This document shows positions 11,501 through 20,900 of a stretch of DNA of 64,000 nucleotides, one piece after another. How positions within the stretch are numbered: position 1 is the stretch's first letter; each line of letters starts with the position of its first letter. Both the position numbers and the translations under genes were made by a program. Below the pieces are notes generated by a model that searched no databases, had not been told where the DNA came from, and saw nothing but the letters and a program-made list of their open reading frames with translations. The stretch is from positions 1 to 64,000 of the IMG/VR virus record IMGVR_UViG_3300031787_009175; one strand, given 5' to 3'. The stretch comes from a virus.

Positions 11501-13342
11501 CAAATTTTCGATTGAGAACATATATTTTTTTACCTTACCATCAATTATGTTAGTTGAGGCAGTTTTTTCTGAGGCTTTAGTAGGTGTTATATTTAGATTA
11601 AATGGACTATCCAATACAGAGTATGTAAATGCTCTATTAGCGTTTGTAATACCTTCTGATTTTTGTAGCCTCGCATGAGTATAGTATGGACTATCCTTTG
11701 TGAATACTCTTGCATATTCTTCACCAACTAAATTTCCGTTCGTGTTAGTATATGCGATAACCTTTGAACCTTTTGTTATTTCTTTATATCCGTCGTGAAA
11801 AACCTTACTTACTTGATTTATTGCATTTCCAACGTGTTTTAATCTTCTCTCACCTCTTACTCTGTCTGCAGAATCAATCAATCTTTGTGTATCATCTAAG
11901 ATTGAACCTACTTTGAAAGTAACACTTTTTGATTCATTTTTTTTGTATTGGGTTCCTACACCATTTGTATTGAAGGATGGGTCTGATTTTCCTGCAGCTC
12001 CACCAGGTTTGGCAAACTTACCGGCATTTGGTGAATACTTTGGTGATGTCCACACAAAATTCCCATCTATATTATCATTGGTCCCAGGTTTTGAAGCTAA
12101 ACCAAAATTCAATCTGCTTTGATTACCTTCATATAATTCTGACAAATCGGTAGGTCCATATACAGGAGCTTCAACCGATTCTCCAAAAGCATTAATTGGA
12201 ACATCAGTTAATGGACTTGCAATATATGATGGTTCTATTACTGATGAACCTACGTAATAGGTTCCAGGAGCTTGTGTTCCAACAACACCTGCCAGTGAGT
12301 TTAATGCTGTTGCACCAACATTATTGAACAATCCTCCTGCTATACTATTACCATAAGCGGGTCTATAAATATTGTAGTTGATGTTCGAGAACAGAATACT
12401 TTTTTGCCCACTACCTGTTTGTTCCAAAAACAATTGTGAAGGGGTTATAAATCTGTTGGAGACCCCTGACAACAATCCTCCCAATAAAGTACTGGCTCCC
12501 GCAATAACATTTATTAACTGACCTGTTGTTCCAATATTTCTTACAGGTGAAGAAAAGTAATCACCTAATATTGGTGATGAGGGGAAATATGTTCCTGCTA
12601 ATGCGTTTAGATAGGTATCTTCAGCGGCGGGAATTGTTATCCTAAAATCATTTGCAGTAGATATGTTACCACTATTGAAATCGGTTGATTGAGAAAATGG
12701 GTCAGTTAAATAAGATAATCCAGTTTTATTTTTGATACCTGTTGAGGTGGCAATACCAGCGTTAATTGAAATGTGGAATTTCAAGGAGCTTGCTCCTAAT
12801 TGTGCTAAGTATGAGTCAGAACTTAAAGGACCGTTACTACCCTGTGGATTTTGTTGGGTAACGATGTCATAAGCATTATAATTTGATGTTGTGTAATATA
12901 AAGGTAAATAGGGTTGATAAACTTTGTTATTTAATTGGCTCTCCTGTATATTATAAATGAAACTATATCCACCAATTGGGGTCCATTTGTTTGACTTATT
13001 ATAAATTGTTTTCAGATAAAACTTACCTAACTCAGGTAACTCGGTGTCCGTAAAATCATATTCTCCTTGATTTGGTGTTGTAGGTAATGGGGGGCCATTG
13101 AATGTTATAACATCATTAAATCCTCCTTCAGGTCCATATTGATTGAGGGGGTAAAAGTTATTAGATAGTGAAGATATTTGTGGTGTATCAATTACTGAAT
13201 CCACAGTTTGAACTATCTCGTATGGGGTATTTTGGTAAGGGGAGGTAAATACACCAGGAACCGAGTAGGGTTGTAAATTCCTGCTAAGTAAATTATTTCT
13301 GAACTGTGAAGAATTAGATAAAGATAATGTGCTTTCAGCCAT
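8552..13342 (-). CDS. Large baseplate/tail-tube-initiator-like structural protein
   Basis: 1596 aa ORF directly after the tape measure gene. Motifs FPPYDLTYSETSS..FLGRPEPIYTYKNTSRTG and APPVLILRIGDFYNTKII resemble tube-initiator (gp48/gp54-like) domains. Confidence 0.55.
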   Translation of the reverse strand: MAESTLSLSNSSQFRNNLLSRNLQPYSVPGVFTSPYQNTPYEIVQTVDSVIDTPQISSLSNNFYPLNQYGPEGGFNDVITFNGPPLPTTPNQGEYDFTDTELPELGKFYLKTIYNKSNKWTPIGGYSFIYNIQESQLNNKVYQPYLPLYYTTSNYNAYDIVTQQNPQGSNGPLSSDSYLAQLGASSLKFHISINAGIATSTGIKNKTGLSYLTDPFSQSTDFNSGNISTANDFRITIPAAEDTYLNALAGTYFPSSPILGDYFSSPVRNIGTTGQLINVIAGASTLLGGLLSGVSNRFITPSQLFLEQTGSGQKSILFSNINYNIYRPAYGNSIAGGLFNNVGATALNSLAGVVGTQAPGTYYVGSSVIEPSYIASPLTDVPINAFGESVEAPVYGPTDLSELYEGNQSRLNFGLASKPGTNDNIDGNFVWTSPKYSPNAGKFAKPGGAAGKSDPSFNTNGVGTQYKKNESKSVTFKVGSILDDTQRLIDSADRVRGERRLKHVGNAINQVSKVFHDGYKEITKGSKVIAYTNTNGNLVGEEYARVFTKDSPYYTHARLQKSEGITNANRAFTYSVLDSPFNLNITPTKASEKTASTNIIDGKVKKYMFSIENLAWRTTSLQFELPACEKGPNGGRIMWFPPYDLTYSETSSVDFPGTTFLGRPEPIYTYKNTSRTGQITFKIIVDYPSVLDVIAQKVLENEKDSNRIDSIINSFFAGCTKFDLYELALKYPTIPVNQLAFYQQKLNDPRLTKEELEKIKNAQQGANTSNATATQKQTGDNSVVDLSSYETKGIFFKIATIGSIEEMMSIYLVEDNILNYAGNSTDPAQVQNFFFSRISPDYNSFQDLVVKLNDALKDGQTDILIEMESNSSPNEGADTSLTQLRFDRVVEFFKTFQMNNGGDQPITLSNYINDKKLSFKNLGSSSSIVNVEGVNCNQQISPAASDAEKFSNLTPTACRSVIIKKITVKPKPNNTQNNNLPTNQAAPTADNPNGNTLTKPTSTTSLENIRPGIAKKIVRALLNEGDYFEAVKKDNPMIYDNLKEKLKYFNPSFHSMTPEGLNSRVTFLNQCIRPGQTIPTIVNGVPTQNVATNTAFGAPPVLILRIGDFYNTKIIPTSLSIQPDQNTSYDMNPEGIGVQPMILKVSLNFNYIGGSGLAAPVDELQNALSFNYYANTEIYDERATPTEDTSELDKKFVKKLLSDSQPKIEKPLTQQPNPGGTTIGVQSDIEVTSSGETGTLSYGKFINSFVDETDNYFSNILNQLKSIYENYNLGIVQLTSLEREYTQGLFNEFNTGESAKIYGKPSQVQERLEELYKKVIEDIDTGQNDIVAAFIANQFALDSPQTRILISNLKSYIEKYITNFSTELFNIIQNISQQQQNWVQYVRKLNYVLTNSDGKINARNEQIVYNLSATSKNSTTNTYDELKNDSGQIVIDLNNFNNEINIYLGLDKYNTSNFVYVFSDMSLTPTECRFYQLMAQVFTDRGDYNEFENTVLTEDINKGETKKVFDRATDILKTNFRKQYKNDKDAFEQFTRDIYNKKYKKYKPFTSNKDRNFDYSSLPAGTDEQKSRLADIYKSVNVNEDKQTFDGKATFN

Positions 13343-13381
13343 CCAAATTTTTTCTTAATAAATAGTTTTATTAAGATTTTT

Positions 13382-15295
13382 TTATGCGGTAAGATTAAAA
13401 TTAGAAACCGCTTCATTTATTTTCGATTTCAAATTTTGGACTGTGGTTGTTTCAAATAAAATTTCTTTTAATTTTTCTTTGTCCATTTCTTTGTCTGATG
13501 TAACATTAAGATTCAGGGTTATTTCTCCTGATATTGGAACTCTTACTTCTGGTTTTACTTGGTCTTTGAGTGCGGCGAACCTATCTTCCATTTCATTTAA
13601 TGGTGACATATCTGAAGATGGTGTTCCTCCCTTCAAATAACTTTCTTTTATACCCATTACTAAATCACCTTCATCAAAACTCACGACTGAACCATCCGAA
13701 CGAAATACGAAGTCACTCTGTTTCTTTAATCCCTCTATAAACCCATCAACACCGCCAACCGTAGATTTTCCAATTTTACCTATCTGGTCGACAATACCAT
13801 CGAAGTCTTTTTCTTGTCTCAATTTTATTAAGTCTTCATTTTTTCTTGCTGTTTCTCTGAATTTGTCAATGTTACCACTGACACCAGAAGCCCTATAGTC
13901 CTTGGATAGCTTGTTTCCAGCCTCAGTTAAAACGACTAATTGTAATAAGGAAGCATCGACTGAATATAATAAGCTATTTGTTAGTTCGTTAGAAGACATT
14001 TGTTTTTTTATTGCCTCATCTTGGTCCTTGATTGTCATCGTTTCTCCTAACCTTTTCAAATCCTCATCAGATAACTCCATTATGTTTTTTGTCATTTTTT
14101 TTCCATCTTTGTCGGTGAATTCAACTACAAAACCCTCACCCTCCTTGAATTGGGCTAACCCCTCTATAAGTTTTTTGTCTTCTTCACTGTATGGTTTAAA
14201 TTTTAATTCCTCACTAATCATTGCAGTTTCTTTCATCCTTTTACCAACTTTCATCAATTCCGCTTCTGATTGCCCCGTTAAATCCGATAGTTCTTTTAAC
14301 ATCCTTCTATTTCCTTTTAAGAAATCAACTTCACCTGTTTCCTTATTAAATTGAAACATGGATTCGGTCAACTTACCTATCTCCTGAGCAAATGCTTCAG
14401 GGTCGTTCTCTGCTAAAAACATAACTCTTATCGGGTCGGATAGTTCTGATGCCGCAAAACCAAGTTGTGAAAGTGAGTTAGAGAATTCAATAGCCTTGTC
14501 AGGGTCCATAAGTTCGTCCATTTTTTTGAATACACTTTCCATATTAATACCCAACTTTGCGGACTCGGCCGTCATTCTAGCTAATCCTTCGATACCCCCC
14601 TTGAAATTGTATAAATCTAACTTTCCAATATTATCAACTACGCTATCGGACACTCCGGCTACATTTACCCCCATACCTACTACGGTTTTTGCAACTTTAG
14701 CCATTTGTTCTCCAATATTGTTTACTGACCTACCAGCCCCCAAGAAATTTTTAACGAGTTTGTCTGTCGACACATTAGTTAGTTCAGAAGCTTTAGCCAC
14801 CTCAACTATGTTTTGCTTTGAAATGAATACGTTTCTTGCCAAGCTTTTACTGTAAGATTCCTGTATTTTAGCCGCATTTTCAAAGGCTTCTTTCGGGTCT
14901 AATGACCCTTTTGAAAAAGTAATCATCTCTTGGCCGGCTTCGTAAAGCCTTTCTTTTAACATTTCCACATTTTCTGAACCAACACCAAATTGGTCAAATG
15001 TTCTGAATGCCGATTCCTCAAATTCCATAAATTCTTCTATGGCGTTTGGAACAATCGCAGTCAATTTCTTGAACCCATCAAATGCTGCTGTGACTCCATC
15101 TGGGAGGTTACCCATATTAGGTATCTTATTTAAAAGCTTATTTAAGTCGGTAACTTGCCCAATTATCCCTTTTATGCTAAAACCCGTTAACCCCAAAACC
15201 TGAGTGGCAAATCTAAGTTCTTGGGCCATTGCGCTTTGAAAAGTACCGGTTGTGCCTTTACCACTAGCATCCGGTGTGGGTTCTGAATGAAACAT
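13382..15295 (-). CDS. Tape measure protein
   Basis: 637 aa, predicted helical and rich in Ala/Gly/Met, at the canonical position after tail tube and chaperone. Confidence 0.7.
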   Translation of the reverse strand: MFHSEPTPDASGKGTTGTFQSAMAQELRFATQVLGLTGFSIKGIIGQVTDLNKLLNKIPNMGNLPDGVTAAFDGFKKLTAIVPNAIEEFMEFEESAFRTFDQFGVGSENVEMLKERLYEAGQEMITFSKGSLDPKEAFENAAKIQESYSKSLARNVFISKQNIVEVAKASELTNVSTDKLVKNFLGAGRSVNNIGEQMAKVAKTVVGMGVNVAGVSDSVVDNIGKLDLYNFKGGIEGLARMTAESAKLGINMESVFKKMDELMDPDKAIEFSNSLSQLGFAASELSDPIRVMFLAENDPEAFAQEIGKLTESMFQFNKETGEVDFLKGNRRMLKELSDLTGQSEAELMKVGKRMKETAMISEELKFKPYSEEDKKLIEGLAQFKEGEGFVVEFTDKDGKKMTKNIMELSDEDLKRLGETMTIKDQDEAIKKQMSSNELTNSLLYSVDASLLQLVVLTEAGNKLSKDYRASGVSGNIDKFRETARKNEDLIKLRQEKDFDGIVDQIGKIGKSTVGGVDGFIEGLKKQSDFVFRSDGSVVSFDEGDLVMGIKESYLKGGTPSSDMSPLNEMEDRFAALKDQVKPEVRVPISGEITLNLNVTSDKEMDKEKLKEILFETTTVQNLKSKINEAVSNFNLTA

Positions 15296-15328
15296 ATTAA
15301 TATATTATAGTTATAAATATACAGGATA

Positions 15329-15484
15329 TCACTTTCTGACTTTGTCTTCAAGTAGTTGTGTTATCAAGTATTTTCTAACATATGTTGGCATAGTCAAAAA
15401 ATCACTATATGATAAGTGATTGTATTTTGACAAATAATAAAACTCGTCTAAAATGTTTTTAGAATGCTCATATGAAAGGCCGAA
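15329..15484 (-). CDS. Frameshift extension of the tail assembly chaperone (gp51-like / GT-like segment)
   Basis: Open frame FGLSYEHSKNILDEFYYLSKYNHLSYSDFLTMPTYVRKYLITQLLEDKVRK* begins at the TTT TTT C run at the end of the upstream gene and has no early ATG. Confidence 0.65.
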   Translation of the reverse strand, partial: FGLSYEHSKNILDEFYYLSKYNHLSYSDFLTMPTYVRKYLITQLLEDKVRK

Positions 15485-16229
15485 AAAACTCCACCCCGAA
15501 AGCAACATTAATCGTTACCTTTTCTCCTGACGGGGCTATTACATCTTTTCTTAAGTCCAATGAAGGTTCGTTTTCATCCATAAATTTACGAATGTGTTTA
15601 GAATCCATAATTGGCATCTGTTCTATAAATTGGACAATTTTACCTTTATCTGTATCCCCATCAATAGACGTAATCATTTTTTGTAAAGTCCAAGTGACCT
15701 TTGGTGCAACCCTACCTGTTGGGTAGTTATCAGCCTTATCACTAATATCTTGGTATTCGTAAAGTGTCAATGGTTTCAATTTTACTTCAACACCTGTCCT
15801 CGGAAGGGTTGTAACGAATTCACCATTTTCGTTTGGTTGGAATTCAGTTCTTTTCAGATTTATTTCATCTAAGAGAATTGTCCCTTCAAATTTTCTTCCG
15901 TCTGAAGGGTCTGTTACATTAAAAGTATATTCAGGACCAAAAGATGTATTCCTTAAAAAAAGTAAGATAGCTTGAACGTCCCCTGTTAGTAATTCTTCAG
16001 GTCTTAAATCAGGTTCATATAATTTACTTCTTATTAATGATAATGCTAATCCATCTTTATTTTTAGCCCCTGATAAATAATTAGCAATGATGTTTTCGTC
16101 AGTTGCGGTAAGATAGCCCACCTTCACTGTCTTCTTCTTTGACTTATAAAATAATCCTTTTGTTGGTAACTCTACCACGTCGTGTGGCAGATTAAAGTTC
16201 ATCTGTCCGTATGCCGATGCTTGGTCCAT
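15468..16229 (-). CDS. Tail assembly chaperone / baseplate hub assembly protein (T4 gp26-like)
   Basis: Motifs VELPTKGLFY, YLTATDENII, GDVQAILLFLRNTSFG and a GVEFFRP end; lies between tube and tape measure. The start is set to MDQ at 16229 because 16241 falls inside a terminator stem. Confidence 0.7.
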   Translation of the reverse strand: MDQASAYGQMNFNLPHDVVELPTKGLFYKSKKKTVKVGYLTATDENIIANYLSGAKNKDGLALSLIRSKLYEPDLRPEELLTGDVQAILLFLRNTSFGPEYTFNVTDPSDGRKFEGTILLDEINLKRTEFQPNENGEFVTTLPRTGVEVKLKPLTLYEYQDISDKADNYPTGRVAPKVTWTLQKMITSIDGDTDKGKIVQFIEQMPIMDSKHIRKFMDENEPSLDLRKDVIAPSGEKVTINVAFGVEFFRPFI

Positions 16230-16264
16230 AAAAAAAACCATAGGGATTTTGTGCCCCTATGGTT
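16230..16264 (-). terminator. Intrinsic terminator after the tail tube gene
   Basis: 10-bp stem AACCATAGGG/CCCTATGGTT followed by a T-run on the minus strand that ends just before the chaperone ATG. Confidence 0.8.
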
Positions 16265-16297
16265 ATAAAAATACTTTTTTTGAAAAAATTGTAAAGA

Positions 16298-16786
16298 TTA
16301 GTATAGTAAAATAGCTCTATCGTATTGTAACGTCAACGAAATTTCAGCCAGTTTGTCATCTGTGTAACCTAGAGTTCCGAAGTCAGCATTGGTGATGAAA
16401 GTTCCTTGAAGGTTCCATTTTTCCACAACCACCCCGGTTGGGTCCAACATTTCTAACCAACAATCTTTCTTATATCCTGCGGCATAACCCATACGACCTG
16501 TTACTGATTCAGCACACAATCTCACCCATTCCATAACAGCTTGAGCGGCAGAAGGTCCAATTGGGTCTCTCAGTTTAACATTTATTGTTTCCCAATTGAA
16601 TCTACCCGCAACATAAGTTTCTGTATTAAGGAATGGAATTGGAACGGAATTTATTTTAATTTTCGGACGAGCAGCAGTTTCTACAAACCACTCATTGATA
16701 CCCAAATCATCGGCGAATCTAAAAATGAATCTATTGTTCCTTTTAGGTTCGTAAGGTAAGGGCATTTTCATTAACAAATCAGCCAT
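16298..16786 (-). CDS. Tail tube protein (gp19-like)
   Basis: YEPKRNNRF...YVAGRFNWETINVKLRDPI...MEWVRL...GYKKD...LDPTGVVVEKWNLQG; typical myovirus tube protein. Confidence 0.9.
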   Translation of the reverse strand: MADLLMKMPLPYEPKRNNRFIFRFADDLGINEWFVETAARPKIKINSVPIPFLNTETYVAGRFNWETINVKLRDPIGPSAAQAVMEWVRLCAESVTGRMGYAAGYKKDCWLEMLDPTGVVVEKWNLQGTFITNADFGTLGYTDDKLAEISLTLQYDRAILLY

Positions 16787-16853
16787 TTTATTTTGTGTTT
16801 TTAATTTCGTTTATTTTTATTTATATCTTATAAATATATCTTTGAAGATTTTT

Positions 16854-17780
16854 TTATTTACTTTTATTTTTTTTTCGAGTAGGTTTCTCTAGTTCCGGTT
16901 TAGTTTTACTTATTACTATTTTGTTCTTTCCACCTTCTGATGTATCATAAACAACAAAATGTATTTCTGGATATTGTTTAGATAATTCTTCTTTTAAGAA
17001 TTCTACTGCGGCTTTTACATTCTTCTTGTCATCATCTGAAAAACCAAATGATATAGAACTATATCCACTATTAATCCAGTAATCCATTTCACTCCATATT
17101 TTTCTTACGAAGTCTGCAATCGCAACCTTTTTTGCATGTTCAGGATTTGCCGATGCACCTGAAACGTCTAATCCCATTCGTCTTCCGAATTCTTCTGAAG
17201 AAACCGAATAATACTCCCCCTTTTCGTCTAAATAAAGGTCAATTAATTGACTTTGCGAAAGTGAATCTAATTTGTCCGCAAATGATTGAGAAAACCTTTT
17301 TTCTTTTTTAAAGTTATCTTTTATGTTTTGAACCATTTTATTTTTTTCGTTTTCTGAAAATGAGTCAATAACTATTCTTACCCCTTTCTTTAAGATATCT
17401 GGTTTGTGTCCTCTAGCCGTGTTTATAGCAAATGGGTCTCCATAGATAAGCGTTTCTTTGAAATCGTCATAACTTGGTGCGTAGGATTTTCTTTTAATTG
17501 CGATTTTAACGTCACGTAAAAATGGTTCCGATTCTTTGAAATCTCTGAATGCGTCTGCAGCGCTATTGTTTCTTGGTCTATAATCAGGGTCATTTCTTAA
17601 TTCTGCAAAATCTCTAGTTGAGACCTCGACAGGTATCCAAACACCATCTTCTTTTTTGTCCATTTTTATTTTGGTCGGCATGTGTAAGATATTGTCGTCC
17701 CAATCCTTCATATAGGTTCTCAACTTTGTTTCTTTAAGAACACTCCTTATTATACCACGTAATTGTTTTCTATTCGTCAT
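16854..17780 (-). CDS. HAD-superfamily hydrolase-like protein
   Basis: Motif I DWDDNI, motif II INTARGH, a conserved Lys (HAKK) and motif IV GFSDDDKKN. Confidence 0.65.
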   Translation of the reverse strand: MTNRKQLRGIIRSVLKETKLRTYMKDWDDNILHMPTKIKMDKKEDGVWIPVEVSTRDFAELRNDPDYRPRNNSAADAFRDFKESEPFLRDVKIAIKRKSYAPSYDDFKETLIYGDPFAINTARGHKPDILKKGVRIVIDSFSENEKNKMVQNIKDNFKKEKRFSQSFADKLDSLSQSQLIDLYLDEKGEYYSVSSEEFGRRMGLDVSGASANPEHAKKVAIADFVRKIWSEMDYWINSGYSSISFGFSDDDKKNVKAAVEFLKEELSKQYPEIHFVVYDTSEGGKNKIVISKTKPELEKPTRKKNKSK

Positions 17781-17800
17781 AAAAATAAATATCCATAAAT

Positions 17801-17845
17801 AAGAAAAGGTAGAAGGTGAATTAACACCTCCTACCTAACTTTTTA
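17801..17845. terminator. Hairpin terminator after the sheath and micro-ORF
   Basis: AGGTAGAAGGTG-AATTAA-CACCTCCTACCT stem (17807-17836) flanked by A-rich and T-rich tracts. Confidence 0.7.
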
Positions 17846-17944
17846 TTTTGAAAGTTTAACCATTAATCTTTCTAATTGTTTTTCACTAATCATAATTGAT
17901 TTAGGTTTTTTTTTCGTTTCTTTCTTTTTTTCGTTCTCTTTCAT
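17843..17944 (-). CDS. 33-aa basic micro-protein
   Basis: MKENEKKKETKKKPKSIMISEKQLERLMVKLSK*. It starts 3 nt after the sheath stop, ends just before the terminator, and shares the I-S-E-x-Q-x-x-x-L motif with the 28096 gene. Confidence 0.6.
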   Translation of the reverse strand: MKENEKKKETKKKPKSIMISEKQLERLMVKLSK

Positions 17945-17947
17945 AGT

Positions 17948-20900
17948 TTATATGTTTTCGAATGATGCTCCTGTTGGAGTTATGTAGAAAGTTATGTCTA
18001 TGAACTCAAGTGACCTTGTTGGTTTGATATAGATAGAACCAACCAATTGGTTTTTATCTAAATCTTCAGGTGAAGAAGAAACTGTGACTCTGAAGTCATA
18101 CAAACCTCTATCTCTTCTGATTGAGTCCAAAATTGGGTTCACAGAATCCAAGAACTGCTGTCTTACAACATCATCATTTTGTTCGAACAACAATCTAACA
18201 GAAACTGCAGAAATAAGTTTACGAGCTTGGAGTAACAACCTTCTAACGTTCAGTCTATCAAGAGCGGATTCAGCGATTTGTAAAGTTTTATTACCCCAAA
18301 TTACTGTTCCTACATCAGAGAATGTTGCGATAGGATTGACTCTTCCTTTATATAAGATATCTCTATCTTCTTGAGTAAGTTTCTTTCTTGCTTTAATAGC
18401 GTTTACAATACCTCTTGTATAACCCGCAGCTGCGAACCAAGGGAATGCGATGTTGTCCGTAAGGGCCAAGTTTCTTGTTACCTCCGCAGTTGGTGGAATA
18501 TAGATTTGTGTATTGTTTACCGTATCTCTTGTAAGAACCCAAGGATAGTAAGTTGCTGTATAATTTGAATCAATTCCCGAATTATACAAGTTATCTACCG
18601 CTTCTTCAGGTAAAATTTGGTCAGCCTCAAAACCTGATGTTGGAACAAACATATTGTAGTCAGGTGTCGTTGTTATATAAACAGAGTCCGCTCTGTTGAA
18701 CTCGACCATCTCGATTGCATTTTCTACCAAGTTAGAATTATTTACATAATCAATACCTGGTGTAACAAATACGTTTATATTTACCGCTTCAGGGTTAGAG
18801 AATGTTTGAATACCTAATAGGTATGCGTAGTAGTCAGTGTTAGCCCAATCAACAGAATTTTGACCTATAGTAATCTGACGGAAAGCTCCCCATCCTGTTG
18901 CGGTAGGGTATCTGTCACTTGCACAAGCTCCTTTTCTATAACCTGCCGCTCCTAATACAAATCTATCACTATTTGTTCTATATTCTCTGTATATATCCCA
19001 TCCATCGAAACCTCCAGCAGGAATCACAGTAAATTTACGTGAGAACAATTTGTAATAAGGACTTGTTGAATCTTCGGGTTCAGATTGGAAAGTTGCATCA
19101 CCCACATAAAATGCCGGTGTTCCCGATGTTGAGAAATTATCAGCGATTGTTATACCGCTAGCATTTTTGTCCATATGGAAACCTCTTGTTTTAGTTACCC
19201 AATTAGATGGTTCACCAGGACTACACAAGTCAATAACAGGTTGTTTTCCTTTATAATCGAAGAAATCTTCATCGAAACCTATTGATGTTGAGAATCCTAA
19301 ATAAGTTCTTCTAACATTATCACCTGAACTTCTTATCGTATCTTCAGCACCTGATGATGTACCGAATGGTGGATTATAAACAATTTCGCCAGGGAAATCA
19401 TATTTGGTTTTGAAAACAGGGAAAGGTGAAGTGTTTGAACTATATTGTCTTGTTTGGTATCCTTCGAATCCACAAGGTAGAGTATCGACAGATGCATCAA
19501 CATTAACCTCTAACATTATGTATTTGGATAGTAGTGCGTATTCACCATCTTTGGTCCCTACCTTTTTAGCCACATAACTATTAAGAGAAGGGTCCATACT
19601 ACAATTTGTGAATTTTTCCAAAACAACAGGATTACTATCTGTATCGTAAAAATCTCTTACAATCAAGTCGAAAGTCATATTTACGAATGACAGGTTAGCC
19701 ACTGATATCTTCAATTGTCTGTTCGCTGAATTACCGTCGGAAATCGTGATTATTTTGAATAATCTTGATACAGTGTCGCCCTCAAGTTCAGAAACTAACC
19801 AAGGAGTTTCAGGAGTTTGGTATTGTTCTAAATAATAACCAATCGAATCCAATTGACCACTTCTCGCACTATCCAAAGCCAAGACATTACAATTCAACCC
19901 TCTGATATAACCTTTATTATATCCATAGTTAAGTAATGTTTGATATCTTTCCTCAACAAATAAAGGAACTGTTGTTCTTGGTTTGTCAAAGTTAGAAAGA
20001 CCGAATACCTTTGTTATATAATTTGTATTTGATGTAGATAAAGAAGTTTCGAATGAGAAATTTTTACTATCGTTTGTAACACCCGAGATAACAAAAGTTG
20101 CTCTCGGATTCTTTGTTACACCTGAATATGCTCCTGTGCAGACCATTTTAACATCTGATGTTCCCGATACTTCATAAACAGCACCATCATCATCACCATA
20201 TGTTGCAAGACCTCTTGACCTAAGAGTTGCGACTACCATATTATCATATTCTGTGTATGATGTACCAGTATAGTAATACAAAACACCTGCTATAGTTCCC
20301 GAGTAACAAGTTGTTATTGTTCCTACGTTTCCTGAACCTGTATTACCGGTTGTGACTGGATTACAAGGATTTAGAATAGAAACATTTACTGTGTATGTTT
20401 TTGTTACGGTTCCATCCTCAGAAACCAAGGTATAAACAATACTTCCACCACTGAAGTTGTTTGAGGTCACTCCACTTTGTTGAGTCACACCTGAAACTGT
20501 AACACCCGTTGTGCAAGCACTAAAGTTAGATACGAGACCTGACAAAGAACTCACTGTTGTTGCAGAAGGTAAAACTACCGATATTGTATTATTATTGTAA
20601 TTTATACTACCTGAGGTTCCACTTATACTATAAGAGAAGAAATCCGCACAATTTGAAGCTGTAGATGTTTGAGTTAATGCTGTCACGGTTGTGTAGAAAG
20701 ACGTTCCCGAATATTCATTATTGCCGTTGTTGTTGAATAATGCGTAATACCAAGCGTCGTTCAGTCTTGAAGTCAAATCAGTATCGGTCAAATTAACATC
20801 AGGAACACTAAACACATTAGTTTCAGACGTATAAGCAGTAAGACCCGAGTAACCAGTTTCGGGTATAGAACCGAAATAATTTATTGATGTCGCACTTGTT

